Shown one piece after another: positions 8,665 through 16,796 of a stretch of 64,000 nucleotides of DNA. A model generated the notes under the pieces. It was not told where the DNA came from, made no database searches, and saw only the letters and a list, made by a program, of their open reading frames with translations. Source of the DNA: an uncultured Thermoanaerobaculia bacterium (lineage in GTDB: Bacteria > Acidobacteriota > Thermoanaerobaculia > Multivoradales > JAGPDF01); assembly GCA_964476605.1 (NCBI GenBank), contig CAYZBH010000006.1, forward strand, positions 5,476 through 69,475, written 5' to 3'. Each line of letters begins with the position of its first letter. The first letter of the stretch is position 1. A program made the translations under genes and the position numbers.

Positions 8665-10737
8665 CTACCTCGCGAGCTCTCGACCTCCGAGCCAGCTGAG
8701 GAGCAGCGGCAGGGCGAAGACCGAGAGCAGCATCGACCAGACCACGCCGAGCGAGAGCACGCCCGCGAACGAGGCCAGCCCGCGATGCGCGGTGAAGGCG
8801 AGCGGACCGAAACCCGCGAGCGTATTGAGCGCATTGATGAGCAGCGTTCGTCCGGTGCCCGAGAGCGTGCGCCCGAGGTCCCCCGCCTCGGAGCGGAAGC
8901 GGTGGGTGAGATGCACGCCGTTGTCCACCGAAACGCCGACGACGATCGGCAGCGCGAGGATGTTGAGCGGGTTGAGATCCAGGCCCAGGAGCCGCATGCC
9001 GCCAAGGAGACCGGTCATCGTGAGGGCGGTCGGGGCGAGCGCGAGCAACGTCCAACGGACGCTGCGAAAGTCGGCTGCGGCCATCGCCAACGCGAGCAAC
9101 GCCGCGAGCACGCCCGTGATGGCGAGGGCGCGCTGCGAGCGCCCGATCATGAACTCGCCGAGCACCGGCATGCCGGTGACCCCGGGATCGAGCCGGCGCA
9201 TCTCGGCGAGGAAAGCGTCGCGGAACTCGGGCTCCCAGATGTCCCCTGCCGGATAGGCGTAGACGGCGAAGCGCCCCGCGGAGTCCACGAAGCTCTTCTC
9301 GAGATCTCGCAGCTCCGCGCTCTCGGAGCCGCCCGCGAGCGCCTGGAGGCGCTCGAGGTCGAGCTCCGAGCGCACCTGCCCGACGAGCGGCGAGGCTCTG
9401 AGCTCGTTCACGAGCGCTCGCGCGGCGTTCCGGTCGGCCGCCACGAAGGCGGCGAATTGCGGCGACAGCGCCGACCGCTTCACCATCTCACGCTCCAACC
9501 GCACCGCCTCCGACCCCACCGGTTGGAGGTCGAGGTAGTCGCCGTCGAAGCGGGGCCAGGGCAGAACGATGCCGACGAGCGCCGCGCCGAGCAGGAGCAG
9601 AGTGCCGCCCGGGCGCTGGCATCGCACCAGCACGGCGCCGAAGAGGCGTTCGCGCGCTCCGCGATCGCCGGACGTCCGGCGCGGCAGCAGCGCGAGGAGC
9701 GCCGGCAGCAGGGTCACCGCCGCAACCAGTGACAGGAGGATGCCGAGCCCCGCCATCCAACCGAGCTCCGCGAAGCCCCGAAAGCCGGAGACGGTGAGCG
9801 TGAAGAGGGCGAGAGCGGTGGTGAGCGCGCCGGTCGCGAGCCCGCGCCCCAACCGGCGCACCCCTTCCGCCACCGCGCCCGGGAGCTGCCAGCCCAGCAG
9901 CTGCAGCTCCTCCGTACGATCGACGACGTGGATCCCGTAGTCGATCCCTTGGCCGAACAGGGTCGAGAAGAAGAACGCCGAGACGAGCGTCAGATGTCCG
10001 GGGACGAAGGCCGCGACGCCGAGGGTCGCCGCCATCGCGGCGAGCAACGCTCCGGTCGCCGCGAGCGGCCAGAGCCATTCGTGGAACCCCGCCACGAACA
10101 GCGCCACGACCAGCACCAGCGAGAGCAGCGAGAGGCGCGAGAGGTCGCGCTGGATGATGTCGCGATCGTCGAGCGCGTACTGCGGCAGGCCGGTGAAACC
10201 GGCGTGGATCCCCGCCGCGTCGAGAGCCTCCGCCGCGATCTCGGCCCGCACGCCGGCCACGAAGGGGGCGATCTTCTCGGCGCGGGACTCGGCGTCGGCG
10301 GGCTGCACGAAGACGAAGGCCATCCCCCGGTCGTCGGTCATCAGGTGGGGCTCGAGGCCCAGGGCCTCGAGCGTCGCATCCGGGAACGGGAGGCGGGAGA
10401 GCGCGGCGCGGACGTCGTCGCGCCGTCGCACCGCGGCCGCGATCCGGTCCGCGGCTTCGCCCAGCACCTCGGGATCTCCCCCTTCGAGCGCCACCACCAG
10501 CATGTTGGGCGTTCCGAAGCGGGCCGCGAAGTCGCGGAAAGCGGCGACCGGCGGGAGCCTCGGATCGATCAGGTCGAGATTCGACGTCTTGAGCCCGAGC
10601 CGCGTCACCGTGAGGGCGAGCGCGACCGCCACGATCGCGAGGGCGAGGACGAGCGTGACGACGGGGCGCGCCGCCGACCGCGCCGCCAGGGCGCCGAGGA
10701 GCTCCCCCCAGCGATCCCGCTCGCCCGAGCCGCTCAC
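8665..10737 (-). CDS. MMPL/RND-superfamily exporter (HpnN-like, sterol-sensing-domain type).
   Basis: 690 aa with two repeats of TM1, a large periplasmic loop and a 5-TM bundle. The MMPL-like segments GIDYGIHVVDR and VSVDNGVHLTHRF lie in the two halves. The ATG overlaps the stop of the upstream cytochrome fusion gene (ATGA at 10734-10737). Confidence 0.8.
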   Translation of the reverse strand: MSGSGERDRWGELLGALAARSAARPVVTLVLALAIVAVALALTVTRLGLKTSNLDLIDPRLPPVAAFRDFAARFGTPNMLVVALEGGDPEVLGEAADRIAAAVRRRDDVRAALSRLPFPDATLEALGLEPHLMTDDRGMAFVFVQPADAESRAEKIAPFVAGVRAEIAAEALDAAGIHAGFTGLPQYALDDRDIIQRDLSRLSLLSLVLVVALFVAGFHEWLWPLAATGALLAAMAATLGVAAFVPGHLTLVSAFFFSTLFGQGIDYGIHVVDRTEELQLLGWQLPGAVAEGVRRLGRGLATGALTTALALFTLTVSGFRGFAELGWMAGLGILLSLVAAVTLLPALLALLPRRTSGDRGARERLFGAVLVRCQRPGGTLLLLGAALVGIVLPWPRFDGDYLDLQPVGSEAVRLEREMVKRSALSPQFAAFVAADRNAARALVNELRASPLVGQVRSELDLERLQALAGGSESAELRDLEKSFVDSAGRFAVYAYPAGDIWEPEFRDAFLAEMRRLDPGVTGMPVLGEFMIGRSQRALAITGVLAALLALAMAAADFRSVRWTLLALAPTALTMTGLLGGMRLLGLDLNPLNILALPIVVGVSVDNGVHLTHRFRSEAGDLGRTLSGTGRTLLINALNTLAGFGPLAFTAHRGLASFAGVLSLGVVWSMLLSVFALPLLLSWLGGRELAR

Positions 10738-12668
10738 GAGCCCCGCTCCGCTCCCGGCGGGCGGCGGGGACCCGCGAGGCGCAGCACGAACTCCACCAGG
10801 TCGGCGACCTCTCCCGGGCGGAGCGTCTCGTGCCCCGGCATCGAGGTCGGCGGCGCCCCGAAGCGCACCAGGCGCTCGAGCTCGCGCCGCTCACCCGCCG
10901 CGTCGAGACCCGGCGGCAGGTGGATGAAGAAGCCCTTGGCGAGGTCCATGGCCGGGCGCGCGATCGACGCCGCGAGCGCTCCGTCGCCGCGCCCGGACGC
11001 GCCGTGACAAGGGGCGCAGAGCGCCGCGAAGAGGCGCGCTCCGCGCGCCGCCGAGGGGGCTCCCGTCGCGGTCTCCGGCGGGAGCGCCGCCACCTGCCGC
11101 GCGCGCTCGTCGGCGTGCCCCGCGCCCAGGCTGCCGAGATAGGCGACCAGATCGCTCCCCCGCCGCCCGTCGCCCGCGAAGAGGTCGGCATAGGAGGGCA
11201 TCCGCGAGCCGGGGATCAGAGCGCGGGGATTCGCCAGGTGGACGCGCTGCCAGAAGTCGCTCCGTCGCAGGCCGACGTTCGCGAGATCCGGGCCTTGGCG
11301 CCGCATGCCGACGAGCGGCGGCTGCTCGGCGCGATCGAGCGCGCGCGCGGGCCCCCAGAGCGCCTCGTCGCGAGTCCCGGGGCGGACGAATTGCGAGTGG
11401 CAGTGGATGCACCCCTCGGCGACGTAGACGGCGCGCCCGCGAGCGACGGCGGAGCGATCGTCGAGCGGGGACCTTCCGGCGCAGCCGGTCGCCCCGAGGC
11501 CGAGAGCGCCGACGAGCGCCGGGACCACGGCCGCTGCGAGCCACGATCCCTGGCTCTGCCGGCCTCGGACGAGCGCGAAGGTCCCGACGAGCAGCGCCCC
11601 GGCGCCGAGGACCGCCGTCGTCGGCACGCGCCCGAGATCCTGCGCCATGCCGACGCCGAGCGCCGAGCCCACCCATCCGGAGATCCCGTAGAGCACTCCC
11701 GCGCGCCACCCCGGGCGCCCTGCCGCGGGTTCCGCGAGCGCCGGAAAGGCGACGAGCGCGGTCGAGTAGATGGCAATCCCGATCGCGTAGAGCCAGGCGC
11801 CGGCGCGCGCCGAGGGACCGCCTGCCGCGAGGATCGGGAAGGCGAGCGCGAAGAGCCCCCAGGTGGCGAGGAGCGCGACCTTCCAGCGCCCGCGCTCCAG
11901 CCAGAGTCCCGCGGCGAACGCGGCGGCGAAGTGCACGATCCCTTGCACGAGGGTCCAGGCGCCACCATCCCAGGAGACCGCGGCGAGCGCGGGGGCCCCA
12001 TGGAGGACGGCGAACGCCGCCGCATCGAGCCCGACCAGCAACAGGAAGGCAATCGCCGCGGCCGCCAGCGGAAGGGTCTCGCGATTCGCGAGCGGTGGGC
12101 TCGGCTCGCCCGCCCCGCGCGGCGGCAGGAAAGCGGCCACCGCGGCGAGCAGGGCGGGCTCCCACGCCCGGAGCTCGATCGAGCCCGCGAAGAGCGGCGG
12201 CAGATTGGAGAGGAGATAGGCGAGACCGGTGCCGGCGCCCACGACGAGCGCCGGCCGACCGCTCCTCGAGAGTCGAGCCAGGTTTCCCGCGAGAGCGACG
12301 GTGAGGATCCCCACCGAGAGACCGATCGCCGCGGCCGTCGCCGCCAGGGCGAAGGGAGCGCGCGCGAAGGGCGATGCCGCGGCGACGACGGCCGCCAGCG
12401 CGAGGCCGAAGGAGACGGCGCGGGTCGCCTCGAAACGCTCGAGCCGGCGCCCCATCCCCAAGCTCGCCAGAAGCCCCGCGATCCCCATGGCGGCCATCGC
12501 CGCGCGAACTCCGTCTCCGTCGAGCGACCGCTGGAGCTGCTCGAGGAAGCCGAACTGCGCGAACAGGAGGAAGAGGTGATAGGTCGCCGCGATCGCCAGG
12601 AGCAGGCGACGATCCGCGACCAGAGCCCGCCCGATCGCAGCGAGCGCACCCCGCGCTCCGGCGCTCAC
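10734..12668 (-). CDS. Three-part fusion: MFS-like transporter domain, then a CcoO/FixO-type monoheme cytochrome c, then a second class-I c-type cytochrome domain.
   Basis: In-frame translation from a GTG at ~12668, which overlaps the stop of the small upstream gene as GTGA. It gives ~390 aa of MFS-like membrane domain (GIAGLLASLGMGRRLERF = MFS motif A-like, many TM helices). Then a TM anchor plus GRAVYVAEGCIHCHSQFVRP...QGPDLANVGLRRSDFWQRVHLANPRALIPGSRMPSY, which matches the FixO/CcoO signature EGCxxCHSQ...GPDLxxVGxxxxxxWxxxHLxNPRxxxPxSxMPxY. Then a second heme site LFAALCAPCHGASGRGDG...TSMP. The first ~154 codons of track ORF 10734..13130 are Arg-rich and overlap a better ORF in another frame, so I exclude them. 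Confidence 0.7.
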   Translation of the reverse strand: MSAGARGALAAIGRALVADRRLLLAIAATYHLFLLFAQFGFLEQLQRSLDGDGVRAAMAAMGIAGLLASLGMGRRLERFEATRAVSFGLALAAVVAAASPFARAPFALAATAAAIGLSVGILTVALAGNLARLSRSGRPALVVGAGTGLAYLLSNLPPLFAGSIELRAWEPALLAAVAAFLPPRGAGEPSPPLANRETLPLAAAAIAFLLLVGLDAAAFAVLHGAPALAAVSWDGGAWTLVQGIVHFAAAFAAGLWLERGRWKVALLATWGLFALAFPILAAGGPSARAGAWLYAIGIAIYSTALVAFPALAEPAAGRPGWRAGVLYGISGWVGSALGVGMAQDLGRVPTTAVLGAGALLVGTFALVRGRQSQGSWLAAAVVPALVGALGLGATGCAGRSPLDDRSAVARGRAVYVAEGCIHCHSQFVRPGTRDEALWGPARALDRAEQPPLVGMRRQGPDLANVGLRRSDFWQRVHLANPRALIPGSRMPSYADLFAGDGRRGSDLVAYLGSLGAGHADERARQVAALPPETATGAPSAARGARLFAALCAPCHGASGRGDGALAASIARPAMDLAKGFFIHLPPGLDAAGERRELERLVRFGAPPTSMPGHETLRPGEVADLVEFVLRLAGPRRPPGAERGS

Positions 12669-13072
12669 CGCGCCACGATCCTCCGCGCGGCGGGACGCAA
12701 GGCGAGTTGGAGAGCGGCGACGAGCGCGTCGTAGCCACCCACCCAGAGCCAAGGCGCCCCCAGCGCTCCGCTCGCCACCGAGACCGCGAGAAAGCCAGCA
12801 ACCGCGAAGCGCGGCAGAGCGGTCAGCGCGAAGGCCGCCCGCAAGCGGTCGCCCCGTTCCGAGGCGGGCGCTGCGAACGGCCAGAAGTAGGCGGCGCCGA
12901 CGCTCGCGACGAAGGTGCCGACGAACCGCAGCAGCACCGGCTCCGCGACCGCGGGGAGCGCCAGCAACCGCAGCACCAACTCCGGCGCCGCGAGCAGGGC
13001 GAGACCCGTTCCGAGGTCCCCCGCCCCCGCGGCGATGGCGAAGAGCGGCGCGCTGCGTGCGCGATCGATCAC
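12665..13072 (-). CDS. Small hydrophobic membrane protein (~135 aa, about 4 TM), unknown function.
   Basis: The C-terminal 135 codons of track ORF 12665..14173 are protein-like and hydrophobic (PLFAIAAGAGDLGTGLALLAAPELVLRLLALPAV...GALGAPWLWVGGYDALVAALQLAL), while the upstream part of that ORF is Arg-rich noise. A GTG at ~13072 overlaps the stop of the upstream gene (GTGA), and its own stop overlaps the GTG of the downstream cytochrome fusion. No homology assignable. Confidence 0.45.
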   Translation of the reverse strand: MIDRARSAPLFAIAAGAGDLGTGLALLAAPELVLRLLALPAVAEPVLLRFVGTFVASVGAAYFWPFAAPASERGDRLRAAFALTALPRFAVAGFLAVSVASGALGAPWLWVGGYDALVAALQLALRPAARRIVAR

Positions 13073-14409
13073 CGGGACACCCGGCGCGCGGCACGCCACC
13101 AGAGGAGCGAAGCGATGAGCATCGAGGCACCCCCTAGCCAGCGGAGCGAGTAGAGCACGGAGATCGGCGTCAGCTCGCCGGGAAGGGCGCTCCAACCCGC
13201 GCCCGGATCGCCCCCCTCGACCCACCCGGCCGCGGCCAGGACGAGGATCTGGAGCAAGCATCCCGCCTGCCAGAGCAGAAAAGGGCGCCCCGCCGTCAGC
13301 CCTGCGGCCACGCCGTCGGGAGCCGAGGCGACGAGTAGCAGCATGCCGAAGGCGCTCATCATGCCCGCCATCGCGAGGTGCGCGTGCGCGACGAGGCCGT
13401 CGGTGAACTTCAGACGATCGAGCACGCCGGGCTGGAAGGTCGCGAGCGCGCTCGCGAGCAAGAGCCCTCCCCACGCGAGAAAGGCGATCCGCCAGCGTCG
13501 CGTCGGCTGGGGCCAGTGGTGGGCGGCGTAGAGGCGCGGCAGGAAGACGGCCCAGACGAGCAGCGAGGCGAGCGCGAGCTGCTCGAGGGTGTCGCGGTGC
13601 GTCCGCTCGCCATGGTCGAGCCCGAGGAAGACCATCGTGTGCAGCGCCAGGAGGGCGACGATCCAGGCGCTCCGCGGCGACGAGCGGCGACGCTCGAGAC
13701 CCAGGAAGGCCGGCGCGGCGACGAAGATCCAGATCACTCCGAGCGTCGAGCCGAGCAGGCTGACGCCCGTCGGCCCTCCGCTCGCGGGGTTGACCGGCGG
13801 ATAGGTCGCGTCGCTCTCGCCCAGAGCGAGCCACGCGGGAACGCTGAGCAGCACGAGCCAGAGCGCCGCTCTGGCGAACCACGGCCGCGAGCCACCGCTT
13901 CCGGGCCCGCCATCCCGCGTCCTTCCCGGACGGGTGCGCCAGAGTCCGACGCCGAGCACGGCCGCGAGTGACAGCTGCGCGGCGACGAACGCGAGGTTCG
14001 CGGGACCTCTCCAGTCGAGGAACGGCTTGCCCCCGCTCCCACCCAGGAGCCAGCTCGCGGTTCCGGCGACGAGAGCGAGCGACCAGAGCCCGAGGGCGAG
14101 ACGCCCCAGCCCGCACTCGCGCGGACCCAGGAAGAGACGGAAGAGGAGCCCAACGAGCGGTAGCGCCCCCCAACCGTAGAGCTCGAGATCGAGGTGGACG
14201 GTCGCCCAGCGCCCGTAGCTCAAGGGCGCGAGAACGTCACCCAGCCGGGGCGCGAGCAGCAGGGTGGCGAGCAGCAGTCCCACCCCGTTCGCCCCGACGA
14301 GCCACCCGAGGGCATGACGCGCGACCAGGCGGCCGAGCTCCCCTTCCCACGCGACGACGATCTCCGCCCGCGGCAGCGCGTGATCCTCGCCGTGCGTCGC
14401 TCGGGTCAC
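13069..14409 (-). CDS. His-rich polytopic membrane protein (446 aa, ~10-12 TM). Possible heme/copper-binding redox subunit. Not a canonical CcoN.
   Basis: Hydrophobic throughout. Conserved-looking His sites lie at TM boundaries: H32, H72 (RWATVHLDLELYGW), H257/H266/H271, an HH pair (LYAAHHWPQ) and an HxH (LVAHAHLAMAGMM). The ATG at 14409 overlaps the polyprenyl synthase stop (ATGA) and its stop overlaps the next gene. Confidence 0.6.
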   Translation of the reverse strand: MTRATHGEDHALPRAEIVVAWEGELGRLVARHALGWLVGANGVGLLLATLLLAPRLGDVLAPLSYGRWATVHLDLELYGWGALPLVGLLFRLFLGPRECGLGRLALGLWSLALVAGTASWLLGGSGGKPFLDWRGPANLAFVAAQLSLAAVLGVGLWRTRPGRTRDGGPGSGGSRPWFARAALWLVLLSVPAWLALGESDATYPPVNPASGGPTGVSLLGSTLGVIWIFVAAPAFLGLERRRSSPRSAWIVALLALHTMVFLGLDHGERTHRDTLEQLALASLLVWAVFLPRLYAAHHWPQPTRRWRIAFLAWGGLLLASALATFQPGVLDRLKFTDGLVAHAHLAMAGMMSAFGMLLLVASAPDGVAAGLTAGRPFLLWQAGCLLQILVLAAAGWVEGGDPGAGWSALPGELTPISVLYSLRWLGGASMLIASLLWWRAARRVSR

Positions 14410-15353
14410 GCGCAGCGGCGGCTCGTCGCGCGCAACCCGAGCTCCGCCGCTTCGGCTTCGAAATGGCGCTGGAGCCTCGAGAGCGGCCGGCGCATCGTCT
14501 CTCCGAGCTCTGGCGCCGCCAAGGTACGGGCCGCCCTGGCGAGAAGATGGGCGAGCCTTCGACGGGCCCGCCCCTCCCCGGCGAGTCTCGGGAGACTGGG
14601 ACGTCCCAGGGTCCGGTCCCGCGCCCCGGTCTTACCGCTCTCCGCGACGGAAAAATGCTCGTCCTTGAGGTCGTCGAGCCCCTGATACGCGAGACCCCAG
14701 CTCTCGGAGAGGCGCTCGAGCCGGCCGAGCACCTGGTCGCTCGCTCCGGCCACCAACGCCGGCAGCACGATCGCGAGCCGGATCAGCGGCACCGTCTTGC
14801 CCCGCGCCACCCGGAAGGCCGCTTCCGCTCCTCGCGCCGACGCCTCCGCCTCCGAGCCGAAGTGCAGATCGCGCGACTGGCCGTCGAGCAGCCCGGCCAC
14901 CCCGAGCGAGCGCTCGACCAGATCCGCCGCCGCTTGGCGGCGCACCGCCGGGAGAGTGGCGAGCACCTGCCAGAGGAGCGCGTAGCCACGGGTGATCAGC
15001 GCGAGAGCTCCGAGGATCGCCGCCCCTTCGCCGAAGGCTCGGTGCGGACAGGGCCGCCCGCGGCGCTCCGCGGCGTCGTCCATCGACGGGAGATCGTCGA
15101 AGACGAGAGAGGCGCTGTGAAAGTACTCGACCGCGATCGCGAGCCGGCGCGAAGCTGTGGCGTCGAGCCCCTGCGCGGTCGCGATGCCGAACGCGAGTTG
15201 CGCCCGGCCGAGGCTACCGGGGTGGCGAAGCAGGTCCGCGAGCACCGCCCGCAGCCGAGGCTCGACCGCCGCGGACACCGACAGCGAGCCGGAGAAGGCC
15301 TGCCGGAGCCGGGCCAGCTCGACCGGCGAAACCAGGCGAGGCGCGTCGCTCAA
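14406..15353 (-). CDS. Polyprenyl diphosphate synthase (trans-isoprenyl diphosphate synthase family, IspB/GGPPS-like).
   Basis: First aspartate-rich motif LVFDDLPSMDDAAERRGRP (FARM, DDxxD) and second motif GLAYQGLDDLKD (SARM). The first ~38 codons of track ORF 14406..15467 are Arg-rich and overlap the YceI gene. A TTG at ~15353 overlapping the YceI stop (TTGA) is proposed as the start. Start uncertain. Confidence 0.8.
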   Translation of the reverse strand: MSDAPRLVSPVELARLRQAFSGSLSVSAAVEPRLRAVLADLLRHPGSLGRAQLAFGIATAQGLDATASRRLAIAVEYFHSASLVFDDLPSMDDAAERRGRPCPHRAFGEGAAILGALALITRGYALLWQVLATLPAVRRQAAADLVERSLGVAGLLDGQSRDLHFGSEAEASARGAEAAFRVARGKTVPLIRLAIVLPALVAGASDQVLGRLERLSESWGLAYQGLDDLKDEHFSVAESGKTGARDRTLGRPSLPRLAGEGRARRRLAHLLARAARTLAAPELGETMRRPLSRLQRHFEAEAAELGLRATSRRCA

Positions 15354-15970
15354 CGGCCACCGCCCGCCGATCCGCTCGCGTCGCTCAAATTCCCTTCCGC
15401 GTGCACGCTCACGGTGACCACGGGGTCGACGCGCAGGAAGAAGATGCTCGGATCGTGCAGGCCCCACTCCACGAAGGGGACGGCGAAAGAGGTCTCCGCG
15501 ACCGCCCGGGTTCCCTGAATCTCCGCCTTGACGGGCAAGGCCAGCGGATGCGCGACGCCGTGCAGCTGAAACGTCCCGTGCAGGGTGAACTCCCCCTTGC
15601 CGCTCTCGGGGACTGTTCCTTCGACGCGATCGATCGCGAGCACGATCTCCGGGAACTTCACGATCTCGAGCACGTCCTGCCGCATCGTCTTGTCCCGGCT
15701 CTTGTTGCCAGTCTCGCCGCCCGTGGCGTCGACCACGATCTCGCCGGAGGCCGCGCCGCTCGCCGAATCGAAACGGAGCGAGCCCCGCGTGAGGTGAAAC
15801 GATCCTTCGACGTCGTGTCCGGTCGCGGGAAGGGCGATCGTGACGCGCGTCGCTTCCGCGGCGAGATCGAGCTGGCGCTCGCTCGCCCGGGCGGCCCCGG
15901 GCGCGAGCGCCGTCAGGGCCATGAGGACGATCCCGAATCCCTGCTGCTTCGACTGTGCTCTCGCGCTCAA
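15350..15970 (-). CDS. YceI-like periplasmic polyisoprenoid-binding protein.
   Basis: 206 aa with signal peptide MSARAQSKQQGFGIVLMALTALAPGAARA, then a YceI-like 8-stranded barrel sequence including FTLHGTFQLHGVAHPLALPVKAEI (cf. YceI LTLHGVTKPV). Start codon appears to be TTG. Confidence 0.8.
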   Translation of the reverse strand: MSARAQSKQQGFGIVLMALTALAPGAARASERQLDLAAEATRVTIALPATGHDVEGSFHLTRGSLRFDSASGAASGEIVVDATGGETGNKSRDKTMRQDVLEIVKFPEIVLAIDRVEGTVPESGKGEFTLHGTFQLHGVAHPLALPVKAEIQGTRAVAETSFAVPFVEWGLHDPSIFFLRVDPVVTVSVHAEGNLSDASGSAGGGR

Positions 15971-16109
15971 CGGTCCTCCGAGTTCTTTCCCCCCAGCTCC
16001 GCCGCTTCGTTGCGGCCGACCCGGCTCACGCCGAGGAGCGCATCCTGGAGACTCCGAATGAACGCTCCGTGAACGGCCATGAGGCGCGCGGTTCCGCTAT
16101 ATTGATGCC

Positions 16110-16796
16110 GTGCGTCTCCTGATCGTGGAGGACGAACGGCCGCTGGCGCTCCACCTCGCGAAGGGACTCCGCGAGGAGGGGTTCGCCGTCGACGTCGCGG
16201 CCACCATCGAGCAGGCCAGCGAGCTCACCGTCGAGACCTCCTACGACCTCGTGCTGCTCGACCGCGGCCTCCCCGACGGGGACGGGGTCCGGCTCCTCCA
16301 CGCGCTGCGGGAGCAGGGGTGGACGGCGCCGGTCCTCGTGCTGACGGCCCGCGATCTCACCTCGGACAAGGTCGAAGGCCTGGACTCCGGCGCCGACGAC
16401 TACCTGACGAAGCCCTTCGCCTTCGCGGAGCTGCTGGCGCGGGTGCGGGCCCTCCTCCGGCGCCGGGGCCTCGAGCCGGCGATGGTCCTGACGGTGGACG
16501 ATCTGCGCCTCGACCGGACCGCGCGCTTGGCCGAGCGCGCCGGAGCCCCGCTCGAGCTCACGCCGAAGGAGTACGCGCTGCTCGAGTACCTGATGCTGCA
16601 CGCCGGCGCCGCGAAGTCACGCGCCGAGATCGCCGAGCACGTCTGGGACCTCTCGTACGAAGCGCGCAGCAACGTCATCGACGTCATCGTCGCCCGCCTC
16701 CGGCGCAAGCTCGAGGCGGGTGGCCGGCCTCGCCTGCTGCAGTCGGTGACCGGGCTCGGCTACGCGCTCCGTCGCCTCGAGGAGGAGCCGACCTGA
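16110..16796 (+). CDS. OmpR-family response regulator (receiver plus winged-helix DNA-binding).
   Basis: VRLLIVEDERPLALHLAKGL...LLDRGLPDGDG...DDYLTKPFAFAELLARV...LTPKEYALLEYLM...VIDVIVARLRRKLE. GTG start at 16110. Confidence 0.9.
   Translation: MRLLIVEDERPLALHLAKGLREEGFAVDVAATIEQASELTVETSYDLVLLDRGLPDGDGVRLLHALREQGWTAPVLVLTARDLTSDKVEGLDSGADDYLTKPFAFAELLARVRALLRRRGLEPAMVLTVDDLRLDRTARLAERAGAPLELTPKEYALLEYLMLHAGAAKSRAEIAEHVWDLSYEARSNVIDVIVARLRRKLEAGGRPRLLQSVTGLGYALRRLEEEPT

Noticed and set aside
12669-13130. N-terminal 154 codons of track ORF 10734..13130 (MPRCSSLRSSGG...).
   Set aside because: The segment is Arg-rich. A better, hydrophobic protein-like ORF (12665-13072) occupies another frame, with GTGA junctions on both sides, so the cytochrome fusion more plausibly starts at the GTG at ~12668.
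13069-14409. Calling the 446-aa His-rich membrane protein CcoN/FixN (cbb3 oxidase subunit I).
   Set aside because: Only one TM helix (~44 residues) separates the HH and HxH motifs, whereas helices VII and X of heme-copper oxidases are separated by two helices (~85 residues). The N-terminal heme-ligand spacing does not fit either. Kept as an uncharacterised metal/heme-binding candidate.
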